A stretch of DNA of 46,361 bases from Terriglobales bacterium (GCA_036511435.1 DATCCF010000088.1:1-46361), one strand, 5' to 3'. Positions 36,093 through 44,793 are shown, numbered from the stretch's first letter. The notes: generated from the letters alone by a model not told the origin. Numbers and translations are program-made.

Positions 36093-37200
36093 GCGTCGGA
36101 AGCCGCTGGCCCGGTCGCCGGCGCTTGACCGGAGGGGCTGGCCGTGTCGGATCTACTTCTGTTGTCGCGTGAGTGCTCAAACCCAGTCTCCCGCGAAGCC
36201 GCGCTACTGCCTCGCTGCGCTCGTTCAGCTTGAGTTCGCCATCTGTAGTCTCCGCGTACAGTTGCTCGCATTGAGCTACGCACAAGGCTTGAGATTCAAG
36301 ATCGGCTCTCGTCAACCGGCGGCCACCCTTTCGAGACGCGACGGTAGCAGCCCGCATCAGCCATTCCTTCAAAATGCCGACGCAACCAAGGCTCCGCTCG
36401 TACAGGAACTCCCAGTCGCTTACAAGGTCTGACTGATCCTCAAAAGCAAGTTCCTTCTCGAAGGACTGCACGACATTGATGAAGGTTTGGCGGTCTCCCG
36501 AATCTTCGGCACGGTAACGAGCGAGGTGAACGTCGACGCTTCGTCTGCTGAGTTGCCCATTCAGATTTCGGAACGCGAGCAGGTCGTAGGTCCCGAACAA
36601 AACGTGTACGGTCTTGGTCTGATTGGCGATGGACTTGACTACATCCAATTGATCGAGCAGGCGGCGGCCTGATGAAATCTTGCCGAGGTGCTGGGCTTCA
36701 TCGATCATGACCGCGACGGGCCGGCGATAGCGGATAGCCTGCTCCACGGCGTATCGGTATTCGGTACCGACCGCTCTGAATGTGGGCATGAAGCGCATGC
36801 TGGGTTCGACGAAGGCCCGCTCCACCTGTCGATTCAGCTTACGGTCGATCAGCGGCTCGTCAAGTTGGTGGAGGAGACGTTTGTAGTGATCGCGCCAGTT
36901 GAAACTCCCGGACTCAGGAGCTACGGCTTCGACACTAACCACCGGGACCCGCGTGATGTCTTCATGGAGTTCGCTCAAGAGCTCCGCAGTAATCAACTGC
37001 TCCGTTTTCAACCGTAACGTCGTCTTACCGACCCCGGTCGGTCCAAACACAAAAATGAGCGAATTCGGCTCGGCCCCCCGTATTGCATTTATCAGTGTCT
37101 CTTTGGCTTCCACGAGCCGAGGATGCGCCACCGTGAAGGAACGAAAGCGGTCAAGTCGCAACTCAGTACCATCCGGTTCCCGATTGTGGTTAGCCGCCAT
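36049..37200 (-). CDS. tniB: TniB/TnsC-family AAA+ ATPase
   Basis: Walker A IFVFGPTGVGKTT and Walker B VAVMIDEAQHL. The start overlaps the tnsAB stop by 1 nt, and the end overlaps tniQ by 44 nt. Confidence 0.85.
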   Translation of the reverse strand: MAANHNREPDGTELRLDRFRSFTVAHPRLVEAKETLINAIRGAEPNSLIFVFGPTGVGKTTLRLKTEQLITAELLSELHEDITRVPVVSVEAVAPESGSFNWRDHYKRLLHQLDEPLIDRKLNRQVERAFVEPSMRFMPTFRAVGTEYRYAVEQAIRYRRPVAVMIDEAQHLGKISSGRRLLDQLDVVKSIANQTKTVHVLFGTYDLLAFRNLNGQLSRRSVDVHLARYRAEDSGDRQTFINVVQSFEKELAFEDQSDLVSDWEFLYERSLGCVGILKEWLMRAATVASRKGGRRLTRADLESQALCVAQCEQLYAETTDGELKLNERSEAVARLRGRLGLSTHATTEVDPTRPAPPVKRRRPGQRLPTRDVIGQMDASAAAL

Positions 37201-39734
37201 CAGAAGTCTCCGTAGACCGCGCTGGCCTCAGCTTGACCGGGTACTGATATCGGCGGCGTAGCGTTCCCAGACTGTGATTCCTTGAAGGCCTCTCGACTGG
37301 AGGCTGCGTCTGGAACAACAGCGGGGCCGTTCTGGCGGATCGACTTGCTTTCCCGATCACGCAATCGCTGTAGGAGACACTTCTCTTCCGCTTCGGCTGA
37401 TCCAAGAAAATCTGCCAGTTTCCGAGCCGTCAGAGTGAATCGCTCCCGAGAGTGCAACTGGCTTCGTCGGCGTACCTCCTTGGACGCCAACATTATTTCT
37501 TTCTCCGAACGGCCCCGCAGCGCCGCATAGTGCTCAGAGTGGCCCTCCGTCCATCGGTTCTTCACAAACGCGTAAGCTTTGCCGATATCAAAAGGATCGT
37601 ACCGGACGGCGACGTCGTGATTTTCAACCGTGGGATCGCGGAATGCCTCGGCCCAGTAGTACACGCCGTTGACGATGACCCCACGCCCAGGTGACACTCT
37701 CGCAGTGCCCCGTTGAGTTGTTGGAAGGGTAGCCATTAAGAACGCTTGATCGTAGGGAATCAATCTATTCGGGCGAACGCCGGTGCTTTCCAGGCTCTTG
37801 AAATACGCCTCTCGCGGGGTTTGCCCGAGAGCGGGGTGCTCGATGGTATCGTAGATCTGGAACAGGAAAGACGACAGATAGTCATAAAGATGAACGAGGG
37901 TCCAAGCCGCCTGTCCCACAGGGTCGTTGCTCTTTGTGACCTGTCGGACGTTGCGCATGATCTGAGTGTTGCCCCGCAGGCTGTGAATAAACTGAGTGTT
38001 TGTGGTGCCGAAAAGCCGCTCGCAGACGGAGCCGAACCTCGCCTTTGCCGGCGGCCGCGTCTTCTTGGTGCATTCATAGCGGGCCAGGAGCGTTTCGAAA
38101 TATGTGCTCTGGAATTCGGGGCCACCGTCAATGACGATAATCTGCGGCAGGCGGCCATGGCGCCGGACACAATCCCGCAGAATCATCATGCAGGACCTGT
38201 AGCTCGGAGCGTCGAATGTCAGATAGAGCGCAAGGCAACGCCGTGAGAAGGCATCCGTGAGAATCGTCATCCACGGCCGCCCGAGTGGACGGCCGGTGTG
38301 GGAGCAGACGACTTCAACGTCCAACTCGGTATGATCGATGTGCCCGATCTCGAAGGGACGGTCTCCATGGCGCGGCGTAGTCGGTTCCAACTCGAAATAG
38401 AAGAATGCATGGGTGTACGCGGCGCGTCGCCCCCGCCGCTTTAACGTTTGTTCGAAGGTCGCACGCTCGCGCACGGCAACACAGAACGTGACGTAGCTCG
38501 GCGCTTCGATGCCACGCTCGTCGCATTTGCGCTTCAGCGCTGCCCACGACGCGATCTTTGTCTTTTGCCTGAGATTCTCGTAATCGTTCTCGATAAACTG
38601 AATGAGCAGGTCGCGCGACTCCTCGGACAAGCGGCTGGTTCTGTTTCCTCGCTTACTGGTCTTCCCCAGCAAACCCACATACCCGTTGCCGTACTGCTCT
38701 TTCGCGAGCCTATACTGCGCCGCCCACAGGCGCAGCGTCCTCGCCGGGATAGAATGCGGAGCTTTTTCCCCTCCAAGATGAAGTTTCACAAGATCGAAGC
38801 GCCGGTTCGCGGCGACCAAGTCCTGCTCGCTGGCCGTTGCCAGGAGATGGAAGGCCTCGCTATGCGCAACTGGCGCTTGAGCAGACGGGCCGCCGATGCG
38901 TCCGCAGTTCGCCACACGCTCCTTCAACTCATGACAAGCTAGCTGGTATGCAGTAGCAACTTCTGCGTTGACAAAGACGCGAACCTGGTCTGGCTCGACG
39001 ATCGCGGCTGCGCTAAGGTCCACGTAGACGCCGCCGCTTGCGATCAGTAGGTAAATCTCGTCAGGTTCCGCAACGCCGCGGACCTTTTCCAACAGCTCCT
39101 GCAGAAGTATTCCTGGTTCTGCTTCGATTGCCGTTTTGATGGCGGCGTCGATAAAGCCTGTCGCACCCGCAGAGTCGAATCGCAGATAGTCGTCCAGGAA
39201 CTGGAGGTTCCGCTGGAGAATCCAATTAACCTCCGCCGATGACCATACTCGGTAGTCCAAGCCCAGTGCCGAGGCGTGCACTTCTCCCGGCGGGCAGCGC
39301 CAGTCGCCGTAATTATCTCGAAGGTAGCGGTGTGGACTCTTGATGGCCAGCTTTTCGAGATCCTCCGAGCTTTTGCACTCTACCCATCCCGCAGAGTCGC
39401 GGCGAAGCACAAAATAGTCTGGGGTATGCAGAATCGACAAGCGTCTGCCGTTTGCCGCGTGATAGATGAGCGGAATAGAGGGCGGCTGGTCGTAATACTC
39501 CAGTACTCCGGGATCGTGCTCCATTTCGTATACGAAGGGCAGTTCAACTCGGTGGCTTTCGAACTGGATGGTGATGCCCATTTTGCGGCTGGGATACCGA
39601 CCGGAGACGTTTTGGCGACCGCCTCCAACGCGACGAGTAGGATTACGGGACCGGACCGCAGTGATCGTCGCACGTGTTGTCTCGGTCAACCCGAGCCGTG
39701 CACACCAGCCAAGAAAGTCCGCCTCGTTGAGCAC
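37200..39734 (-). CDS. tnsAB: TnsA-like endonuclease fused to a TnsB/TniA DDE transposase (844 aa)
   Basis: N-terminus: FESHRVELPFVYEMEHDPGVLEYYDQP...LHTPDYFVLRRDSAGWVECKSSEDL, a TnsA-type E...D...K pattern. Middle and C-terminus: HIDHTELDV, VIDGGPEFQS (rve-type DDE) and a Mu-transposase-like C-terminal part. GTG start. Confidence 0.85.
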   Translation of the reverse strand: MLNEADFLGWCARLGLTETTRATITAVRSRNPTRRVGGGRQNVSGRYPSRKMGITIQFESHRVELPFVYEMEHDPGVLEYYDQPPSIPLIYHAANGRRLSILHTPDYFVLRRDSAGWVECKSSEDLEKLAIKSPHRYLRDNYGDWRCPPGEVHASALGLDYRVWSSAEVNWILQRNLQFLDDYLRFDSAGATGFIDAAIKTAIEAEPGILLQELLEKVRGVAEPDEIYLLIASGGVYVDLSAAAIVEPDQVRVFVNAEVATAYQLACHELKERVANCGRIGGPSAQAPVAHSEAFHLLATASEQDLVAANRRFDLVKLHLGGEKAPHSIPARTLRLWAAQYRLAKEQYGNGYVGLLGKTSKRGNRTSRLSEESRDLLIQFIENDYENLRQKTKIASWAALKRKCDERGIEAPSYVTFCVAVRERATFEQTLKRRGRRAAYTHAFFYFELEPTTPRHGDRPFEIGHIDHTELDVEVVCSHTGRPLGRPWMTILTDAFSRRCLALYLTFDAPSYRSCMMILRDCVRRHGRLPQIIVIDGGPEFQSTYFETLLARYECTKKTRPPAKARFGSVCERLFGTTNTQFIHSLRGNTQIMRNVRQVTKSNDPVGQAAWTLVHLYDYLSSFLFQIYDTIEHPALGQTPREAYFKSLESTGVRPNRLIPYDQAFLMATLPTTQRGTARVSPGRGVIVNGVYYWAEAFRDPTVENHDVAVRYDPFDIGKAYAFVKNRWTEGHSEHYAALRGRSEKEIMLASKEVRRRSQLHSRERFTLTARKLADFLGSAEAEEKCLLQRLRDRESKSIRQNGPAVVPDAASSREAFKESQSGNATPPISVPGQAEASAVYGDF

Positions 39735-39771
39735 TTGCCCTCCGCAGCCGGAACGGCAGAGACGCCGCTGG

Positions 39772-40107
39772 CTACTTTCGGATGTGCGAACTGCGCTCGT
39801 TCTTTAGCGCCAACGTGTACCTTCGCCCGGCTTCAGCCATAAGCTTCTGAAGATCGCGGCCGTTCCGGATGGCCCTTTCCAAATCCTCGGCCAACTCGTC
39901 AGGCACATAGATCGAAAACCGGCGATTCCCCTTGCGGCCATACAACGAATAACTGGAGTGTCCCTGCCCTGCTTCGCATAGCTGACAGCGCTTTCGAATA
40001 CAGGGGCTCTTCCGCAAGGACAGAGACCCGATGGCCACAGGCCAGAGATCGCGAACTGCCCTCTGAAACCAGAGTCTGACCTGTTCCGGGGTTTCTGTTC
40101 GAGTCAT
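39772..40107 (-). CDS. small Cys-containing protein (DUF6788-like, from memory) upstream of tnsAB
   Basis: ATG at 40107; GSLSLRKSPCIRKRCQLCEAGQGHSSYSLYGRKGNRRFSIYVPDELAEDLERAI. 37-nt gap to tnsAB. Confidence 0.5.
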   Translation of the reverse strand: MTRTETPEQVRLWFQRAVRDLWPVAIGSLSLRKSPCIRKRCQLCEAGQGHSSYSLYGRKGNRRFSIYVPDELAEDLERAIRNGRDLQKLMAEAGRRYTLALKNERSSHIRK

Positions 40108-40118
40108 TGTATAGGTGC

Positions 40119-40147
40119 ATACTAGCACACATACATTGTCGATACAA
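40119..40147 (-). promoter_or_regulatory. putative sigma70-type promoter of the small-gene/tns operon
   Basis: On the minus strand: TTGTAT (40147-40142), 17 nt, TAGTAT (40124-40119), 11 nt before the ATG at 40107. Lies in the only AT-rich patch of the region. Confidence 0.3.
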
Positions 40148-40179
40148 GACAAAAACTACAAGCAACTGAAGGCCCGGGT

Positions 40180-42636
40180 CTACAGGTGTGCCGGGGGATG
40201 GGGTGGAAACGTCTCCTGCTCGATCACATAACCAATCGCGGCATAGCCCTTCAGCCTGCGCTCGTACATTCTGGCCAGCATTGGAACGTAGTTGTCCACA
40301 TAATCGTAGACCTGCACGAATCGTTTGTTGTCGTGAAGACGATGCAACCGCCCCACATACTGCTGCAACGTGCCCTTCCAGGAGATCGGCATGGCCAGGA
40401 ATAGCGTGTCCAGACGCGCGTCGTCAAACCCTTCTCCGATGTAACTTCCCGTCGCCAGAATCACCCGCGCTTCGTTTTCCGGCACTGATGCCAGGGCCGC
40501 CGCTGTTGCTCGACGCTGCTTCTTCCCCATGCCGCCCTTCAAGACGAAGACGTGCTTGGCAACACCCTCAAGTTTGGCTGCGAAATGCTGGAGATGCTCT
40601 GTCCGACCGGTCAGAAGCAGCGGGCAACGTCCAGATTCTATGGCGCGCACGATGTCGTTGGCGATCATCTCGTTGCGCGAGACATCATCGACGAGCGCGG
40701 CGTAGATGTCCTGGATCGTGACCTCGGTGAGTTCGGACGCCATCCGGAACTCCGTATGGCGGGGAGTCACCTTGTGCTCAAAGGGTGTCGTTTCGGTCAT
40801 CGTCCGGGCGCTCATGCTGAACCGTACGGGGCCACACTGCATGTAAATGATCGGATGGTGCCCGTCCTTCCGCGTCGGCGTGGCGGTCAGACCGACAACA
40901 TACTTGGCCTTTACCTGCCTCATGACCTGTTCGAACGTGAAAGCGGATATGTGGTGGCATTCATCGACGATCACCTGGCCGTACTCAGCAACGAAGTCCT
41001 TCACTTCGTCTTTTCGGTACAGGCTTTGGATGACGGCGACATCCACGTAACCCGTCCGGTCCATTTTGCCGCCACCGATATGTCCGATCGATTTGGCTGG
41101 CAGATCCAAGAACATCCCAAGGCGCTCCTGCCACTGATCGAGCAACTGCTGCCGGTGAACGACTACCAGAGTGTTGACCTTGCGTTTCGCGATCAGCCAC
41201 GCCGCAACGGCGGTCTTTCCGAACGCTGTCGGCGCGCAGAGGATACCTTCGTCGTGTGCGGTGATCTTCGTGACGGCTTCCTCCTGGAACGGCCGAAGCT
41301 GACCCTGGAACTCCGCTTCAATCGCTGAGCCTGAGTACCGTTCGTCCCGAACTTCGGGCCGGATCTTGTGCGCCTCGAGAAGAGCCAACGTCTCAGTCAG
41401 GCAGCCACGAGGCACAGCAATGTGATGGGCGAATTCCTGGCCGCATGCGATCACACGCGGTTTGTCGAACGTCGAGAGCCGCATCGCCTGAGCCTTGTAG
41501 AACTCCGGGTTCTGAAATGCGGCCAGCCGGAGTAACCGATTTAGCATGGCTGGTGGGAGATCCTTCTTTTCCACGTAAACAAGATTCGCGCGAACGACCT
41601 GAACAGTCTTTGGTAGCGGCCCTTCGATCGGCCGCTCCCTCCGCTTGCCAGAATGTGGCAAGGTCCACGGGTCTCGTGCATCGTCGTCATCGGCGATGCT
41701 AATCCGGACTCCGATCAGGTCGCCTTTGCGCTGAGCTTCCGCAACGATCTCCTCGGCGGCGTCGGCCGGCATTCGTCGAATTGTCGAAAGAAACTGCCAT
41801 TGGTCGGGGTACGGTTGGAAGTCTGAGTCAATGAACACACTGTTGCCCAACTTGCGTGGCGCAAACTGCAAGGGGAGCGCAATCAGATTCCCGAGCCCTC
41901 CCTTGGGCATCGTGTCCTGGTTGGGGAAAAAGCGATCATAGGAATCGAGACCGAGCTGATGCCTGCGCTCCATGGTGCGCGTGAGAATCAGGCATCCCAG
42001 TTTGCGCGCGGTAATCGCTGACAGCGCACGATCAAAGAAGATCCAAATGTGGCCGCCGTTCCCGGAGCGAGAACGCTCCAAGGCAGCTGGCACACTCAAC
42101 TCCTGGCAGGTCTCAAGGAAAGCCTGGGCGTCATACTCCCAAGTCTTCTTGTCGAAGTCTGCCGCGAGAAACCAGCACGTTTCGTCGGACAGGAGGGGAT
42201 ATACGCCAACGGCTTCCTTGCCCAAGAGGTGGTTCTCGATGACGGCGTCGGTCACCGGGAGGAACTTCCTTGTCTTCTGGTCGACTTTCTTCCGCTCCTC
42301 CGGGCGGCTTTTGTTAATGGCCTTCCAGTCCTTTACGGCCGCCGGCACATATCCCGATCGGCCGTCGTCATTCTTCCATCGCTGTGCGTAGACATCTTCT
42401 CTCCCGCGAAACAGGCTTCGAAACAGCGCGATTCTTTTTCTGGCACGCTCCTCCTTGTCCACCGGTGGCGCCGTCTCGACGGTTTTGGTTGGAGGCCGAT
42501 TCTCTGGCGCAAGTTGCGGAATCGGAATGCTGTGAACCGCCAGGAGCCGCCGCAGGCGAGCGTTTTCCTCCCGGAGGCGAATATTTTCCTGCTCTGGAGG
42601 CTCGAATGGAAGAGATTCCGAAACCTTCTCGGTCAT
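40180..42636 (-). CDS. AEP (PrimPol)-like primase-polymerase domain fused to an SF2 DEAD/DEAH-type helicase (818 aa)
   Basis: AEP motifs: FLAADFDKK (DxD), ERSRSGNGGHIWIFF (sGxGxH), SYDRFFPNQD...GGLGNLIALPL. Helicase motifs: CAPTAFGKT, VIVDECHHISA, GLTATP, QYVGRLHR. Starts 7 nt after abiEii. Confidence 0.8.
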   Translation of the reverse strand: MTEKVSESLPFEPPEQENIRLREENARLRRLLAVHSIPIPQLAPENRPPTKTVETAPPVDKEERARKRIALFRSLFRGREDVYAQRWKNDDGRSGYVPAAVKDWKAINKSRPEERKKVDQKTRKFLPVTDAVIENHLLGKEAVGVYPLLSDETCWFLAADFDKKTWEYDAQAFLETCQELSVPAALERSRSGNGGHIWIFFDRALSAITARKLGCLILTRTMERRHQLGLDSYDRFFPNQDTMPKGGLGNLIALPLQFAPRKLGNSVFIDSDFQPYPDQWQFLSTIRRMPADAAEEIVAEAQRKGDLIGVRISIADDDDARDPWTLPHSGKRRERPIEGPLPKTVQVVRANLVYVEKKDLPPAMLNRLLRLAAFQNPEFYKAQAMRLSTFDKPRVIACGQEFAHHIAVPRGCLTETLALLEAHKIRPEVRDERYSGSAIEAEFQGQLRPFQEEAVTKITAHDEGILCAPTAFGKTAVAAWLIAKRKVNTLVVVHRQQLLDQWQERLGMFLDLPAKSIGHIGGGKMDRTGYVDVAVIQSLYRKDEVKDFVAEYGQVIVDECHHISAFTFEQVMRQVKAKYVVGLTATPTRKDGHHPIIYMQCGPVRFSMSARTMTETTPFEHKVTPRHTEFRMASELTEVTIQDIYAALVDDVSRNEMIANDIVRAIESGRCPLLLTGRTEHLQHFAAKLEGVAKHVFVLKGGMGKKQRRATAAALASVPENEARVILATGSYIGEGFDDARLDTLFLAMPISWKGTLQQYVGRLHRLHDNKRFVQVYDYVDNYVPMLARMYERRLKGYAAIGYVIEQETFPPHPPAHL

Positions 42637-42643
42637 ACCGCGT

Positions 42644-43528
42644 TCACCGCTCCGTGCGACGTGTCAGCACTTCTTGGAGATACTCCTGTACGCCCGCAAA
42701 CACCGCGGCGATATCAGTTGGGAGCCCGCATTCTTCCACCAGGGCTTGAAACGGGATCTGCCAATCCGCTGGCGGCGGAACCAAACCCCCCGGCAAATCG
42801 TGTGTTCCTCTTCTCTCAAACGTCAGACGCAAGGCGTCCAGGATTCTCTGTTTATCCATGCCTCCTGATCTGATCAGGAGAGCCAGGTCCACCAAGTCCT
42901 TCACTCTGCTGTTCGCAGCGTTCCGCGGGAGCGTGTAGGCATGAATCTTTTCAGCGAACTGCTGCTCGCGAGCGATCATCCGGACGCGCGCCGATTCGAT
43001 GCCAGCGAATCCCAGCCAGTCCCGGCAGATGATTGTTTCCAGCGGCTGCATAACCACGTCACCAATGCCGGCATCCAGGTGGAATCGGGCAAAGATCCGT
43101 TCGTCCATTCGAGCTTCGACAGGATAGCGAGCCCCGCCGCACGGCGCGGCGGTCAAATCGATGACAGGCGGTCCGATCGCGTACTCGAACCAGTCACCAA
43201 GAGGGATGTCAGCCACGCTCTGCAGCATCCCGCGTACAACCTGGTTCGTGTCACCACCCGCCGATGTTGCTGCCCCCACTCGCTGCAATGTCAGGTCGAT
43301 GTCCACCGTTGATCGAGCAGCCTTGAAGCGCAGCTCCAGCGCATAACCACCCTTCAAAACCCAGGGCGCTGGTTCTTCCCGGAACAGCCTTGCCAGCAGA
43401 CGGTCGAATGATACCTGTCGCCGGAGGCGGTTGAGATCGATCTGATCAGTAAGAGAGGCCCTCTTCAGGCGTTCTTCAAGAGCCCTTCGGAATGCTCCCG
43501 CCGTCGCATATGTCCTGGGTGACGGCAT
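42644..43528 (-). CDS. abiEii: AbiEii/AbiGii-family nucleotidyltransferase toxin (type IV TA)
   Basis: WVLKGGYALELRFKAARSTVDIDLTL... is typical of DUF1814/AbiEii. Overlaps the abiEi stop. Confidence 0.85.
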   Translation of the reverse strand: MPSPRTYATAGAFRRALEERLKRASLTDQIDLNRLRRQVSFDRLLARLFREEPAPWVLKGGYALELRFKAARSTVDIDLTLQRVGAATSAGGDTNQVVRGMLQSVADIPLGDWFEYAIGPPVIDLTAAPCGGARYPVEARMDERIFARFHLDAGIGDVVMQPLETIICRDWLGFAGIESARVRMIAREQQFAEKIHAYTLPRNAANSRVKDLVDLALLIRSGGMDKQRILDALRLTFERRGTHDLPGGLVPPPADWQIPFQALVEECGLPTDIAAVFAGVQEYLQEVLTRRTER

Positions 43529-44139
43529 TATGCAGCTCGCCGCAGCACTTCCTCTACGATTTTGCGCGCAGGTCCGCTCATTTGCGTGTTCCGAATCTGT
43601 TGGCGAGTGATCAGACCACGGTCGACAGCCTGCCTTAGCGCCTGGCGGATGAAGTTCCGCTCGACCGTGCCAGCCTCGATCAGGTCAAGAATCGTCCGCA
43701 GAGGGCGAGTAAACTTGAAGCCCTGCGCCGTCTGTACGTCGCTCTCGGACAGGTCGGCATAATGAAGTACGAGGATGCCGGGAATATCGCTGTTGCGCCG
43801 GAAATCTGTCGGAACGGTCATGTGGAGCTTCGCCGGATTCAGGTCTGACAGATCGTAGAGGCTGAGCGCCGTGTGGTGGCTGTACGCACCCTCGACTTCC
43901 TCGTTCCGGTTCCGGGACCACAGTGCCCAAAGGACTAGGTCGGGCCGATCAGCCGCCGGAAACAGAGCGAGCCGGTAGATACCCCGGTGCTCGCGGATCC
44001 AGTTCCCGACCTGCACATGATAGGGGTGCGTGTTTTCGGCGAATCCGGCCGCCTTAGCCTGCTTGGTAGTGAAGAAACCTTGCTGCTGCTCAGCAAACTC
44101 GAAGAGCTGCCGCGAGGCTTCACGGTGAGACTGGGCCAT
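43528..44139 (-). CDS. abiEi: AbiEi-family antitoxin / transcriptional regulator
   Basis: GFFTTKQAKAAGF...WIREHRGIYRL... and C-terminal TRPLRTILDL are AbiEi_4-like. First gene of the operon. Confidence 0.8.
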   Translation of the reverse strand: MAQSHREASRQLFEFAEQQQGFFTTKQAKAAGFAENTHPYHVQVGNWIREHRGIYRLALFPAADRPDLVLWALWSRNRNEEVEGAYSHHTALSLYDLSDLNPAKLHMTVPTDFRRNSDIPGILVLHYADLSESDVQTAQGFKFTRPLRTILDLIEAGTVERNFIRQALRQAVDRGLITRQQIRNTQMSGPARKIVEEVLRRAA

Positions 44140-44145
44140 AACACA

Positions 44146-44174
44146 ATACTACAACTTTCTTGACGCTAAATCAA
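44146..44174 (-). promoter_or_regulatory. putative sigma70-type promoter giving a near-leaderless abiEi transcript
   Basis: On the minus strand: TTGATT (44174-44169), 17 nt, TAGTAT (44151-44146), then 6 nt (TGTGTT), then the ATG at 44139. No Shine-Dalgarno sequence is possible in that space. Confidence 0.35.
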
Positions 44175-44214
44175 CAGCAGGTGATTGGGGAAGCCTACGG
44201 CCGCACTGCAATTC

Positions 44215-44339
44215 CGGCAAGGTTATGGTTTGAGAGCCTCCGCCGGCGACGGCGGCCTTCCAAGCGAAATCAACAACTTGAAGGAGATCATGCGGCAAGG
44301 TTATGGTTTAGGTTCGGCAAAGTTATGCTTTAAACCACA
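44215..44339. repeat. Tn7-like right end with three direct TnsB-type sites
   Basis: CGGCAAGGTTATGGTTT at 44215-44231 and 44293-44309; CGGCAAAGTTATGCTTT at 44315-44331, followed by the terminus AAACCACA, which ends at 44339. Confidence 0.8.
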
Positions 44340-44599
44340 CTGTGGTCCGGTACGATATCGCTGCAGTCGTCAAATTCACGGTGGCAAATGGCGCACTTCC
44401 CTGTCTGCTCCACGACTTTTCGGCTCAGCAACTTCCGCATCTCTGCTGGTGACCGGAGTTCCCGATATCCCCTTGGATGGTGCGGATCTTCGATGCGCTG
44501 AACACCAAGCTGAAATCTGCGTCCTTTCCGTACCTGCTCGCGACCGCAGCAGAAGAGCGATCTATGGATCGGACAATATTCATTCCGACGGAGTTTCAT
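44340..44599 (-). pseudogene. 5' fragment of the HNH endonuclease gene split by the Tn7-like insertion
   Basis: MKLRRNEYCPIH...GKCAICHREFDDCSDIVPDH, then the reading frame runs into the transposon end (SVV-stop). Confidence 0.8.
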
Positions 44600-44793
44600 G
44601 GGAATGCTCCAGTGTGACTTGCATTGGTATTCGTTTTGGCTTTTCAGGGATTGGACTACCGAGAGAGAGCAGGATGGACGCTATGCACCGGGCTCCGGTT
44701 TTACAAACTGGCGCCGGCTCTCACGTGTTCACTCATCCATCATTTTGCAGACGAGTTTGTGTTACAACCGGAACAGAAGTCCAAAGGATTGTC

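Larger units (their letters stand above)
32514..44339 (-). mobile_element. Tn7-like transposon (tnsA::tnsB, tniB/tnsC, tniQ/tnsD plus cargo), 11,826 bp
   Basis: Termini TGTGATTTAAACCATAAAGTTGCCG (left) and TGTGGTTTAAAGCATAACTTTGCCG (reverse complement of right) match at 21/25. 5-bp direct duplication CTGTG at 32509-32513 and 44340-44344. In-silico excision restores an HNH ORF. Confidence 0.85.

Noticed and set aside
44185-44793. The N-terminal 200 aa of the 288-aa ORF 44185..45051
   Set aside because: This part reads through the transposon end repeats (hence the duplicated RQGYGL) and runs antisense to the HNH fragment. Only the last 85 aa (ACBP, ATG at 44794) look real.
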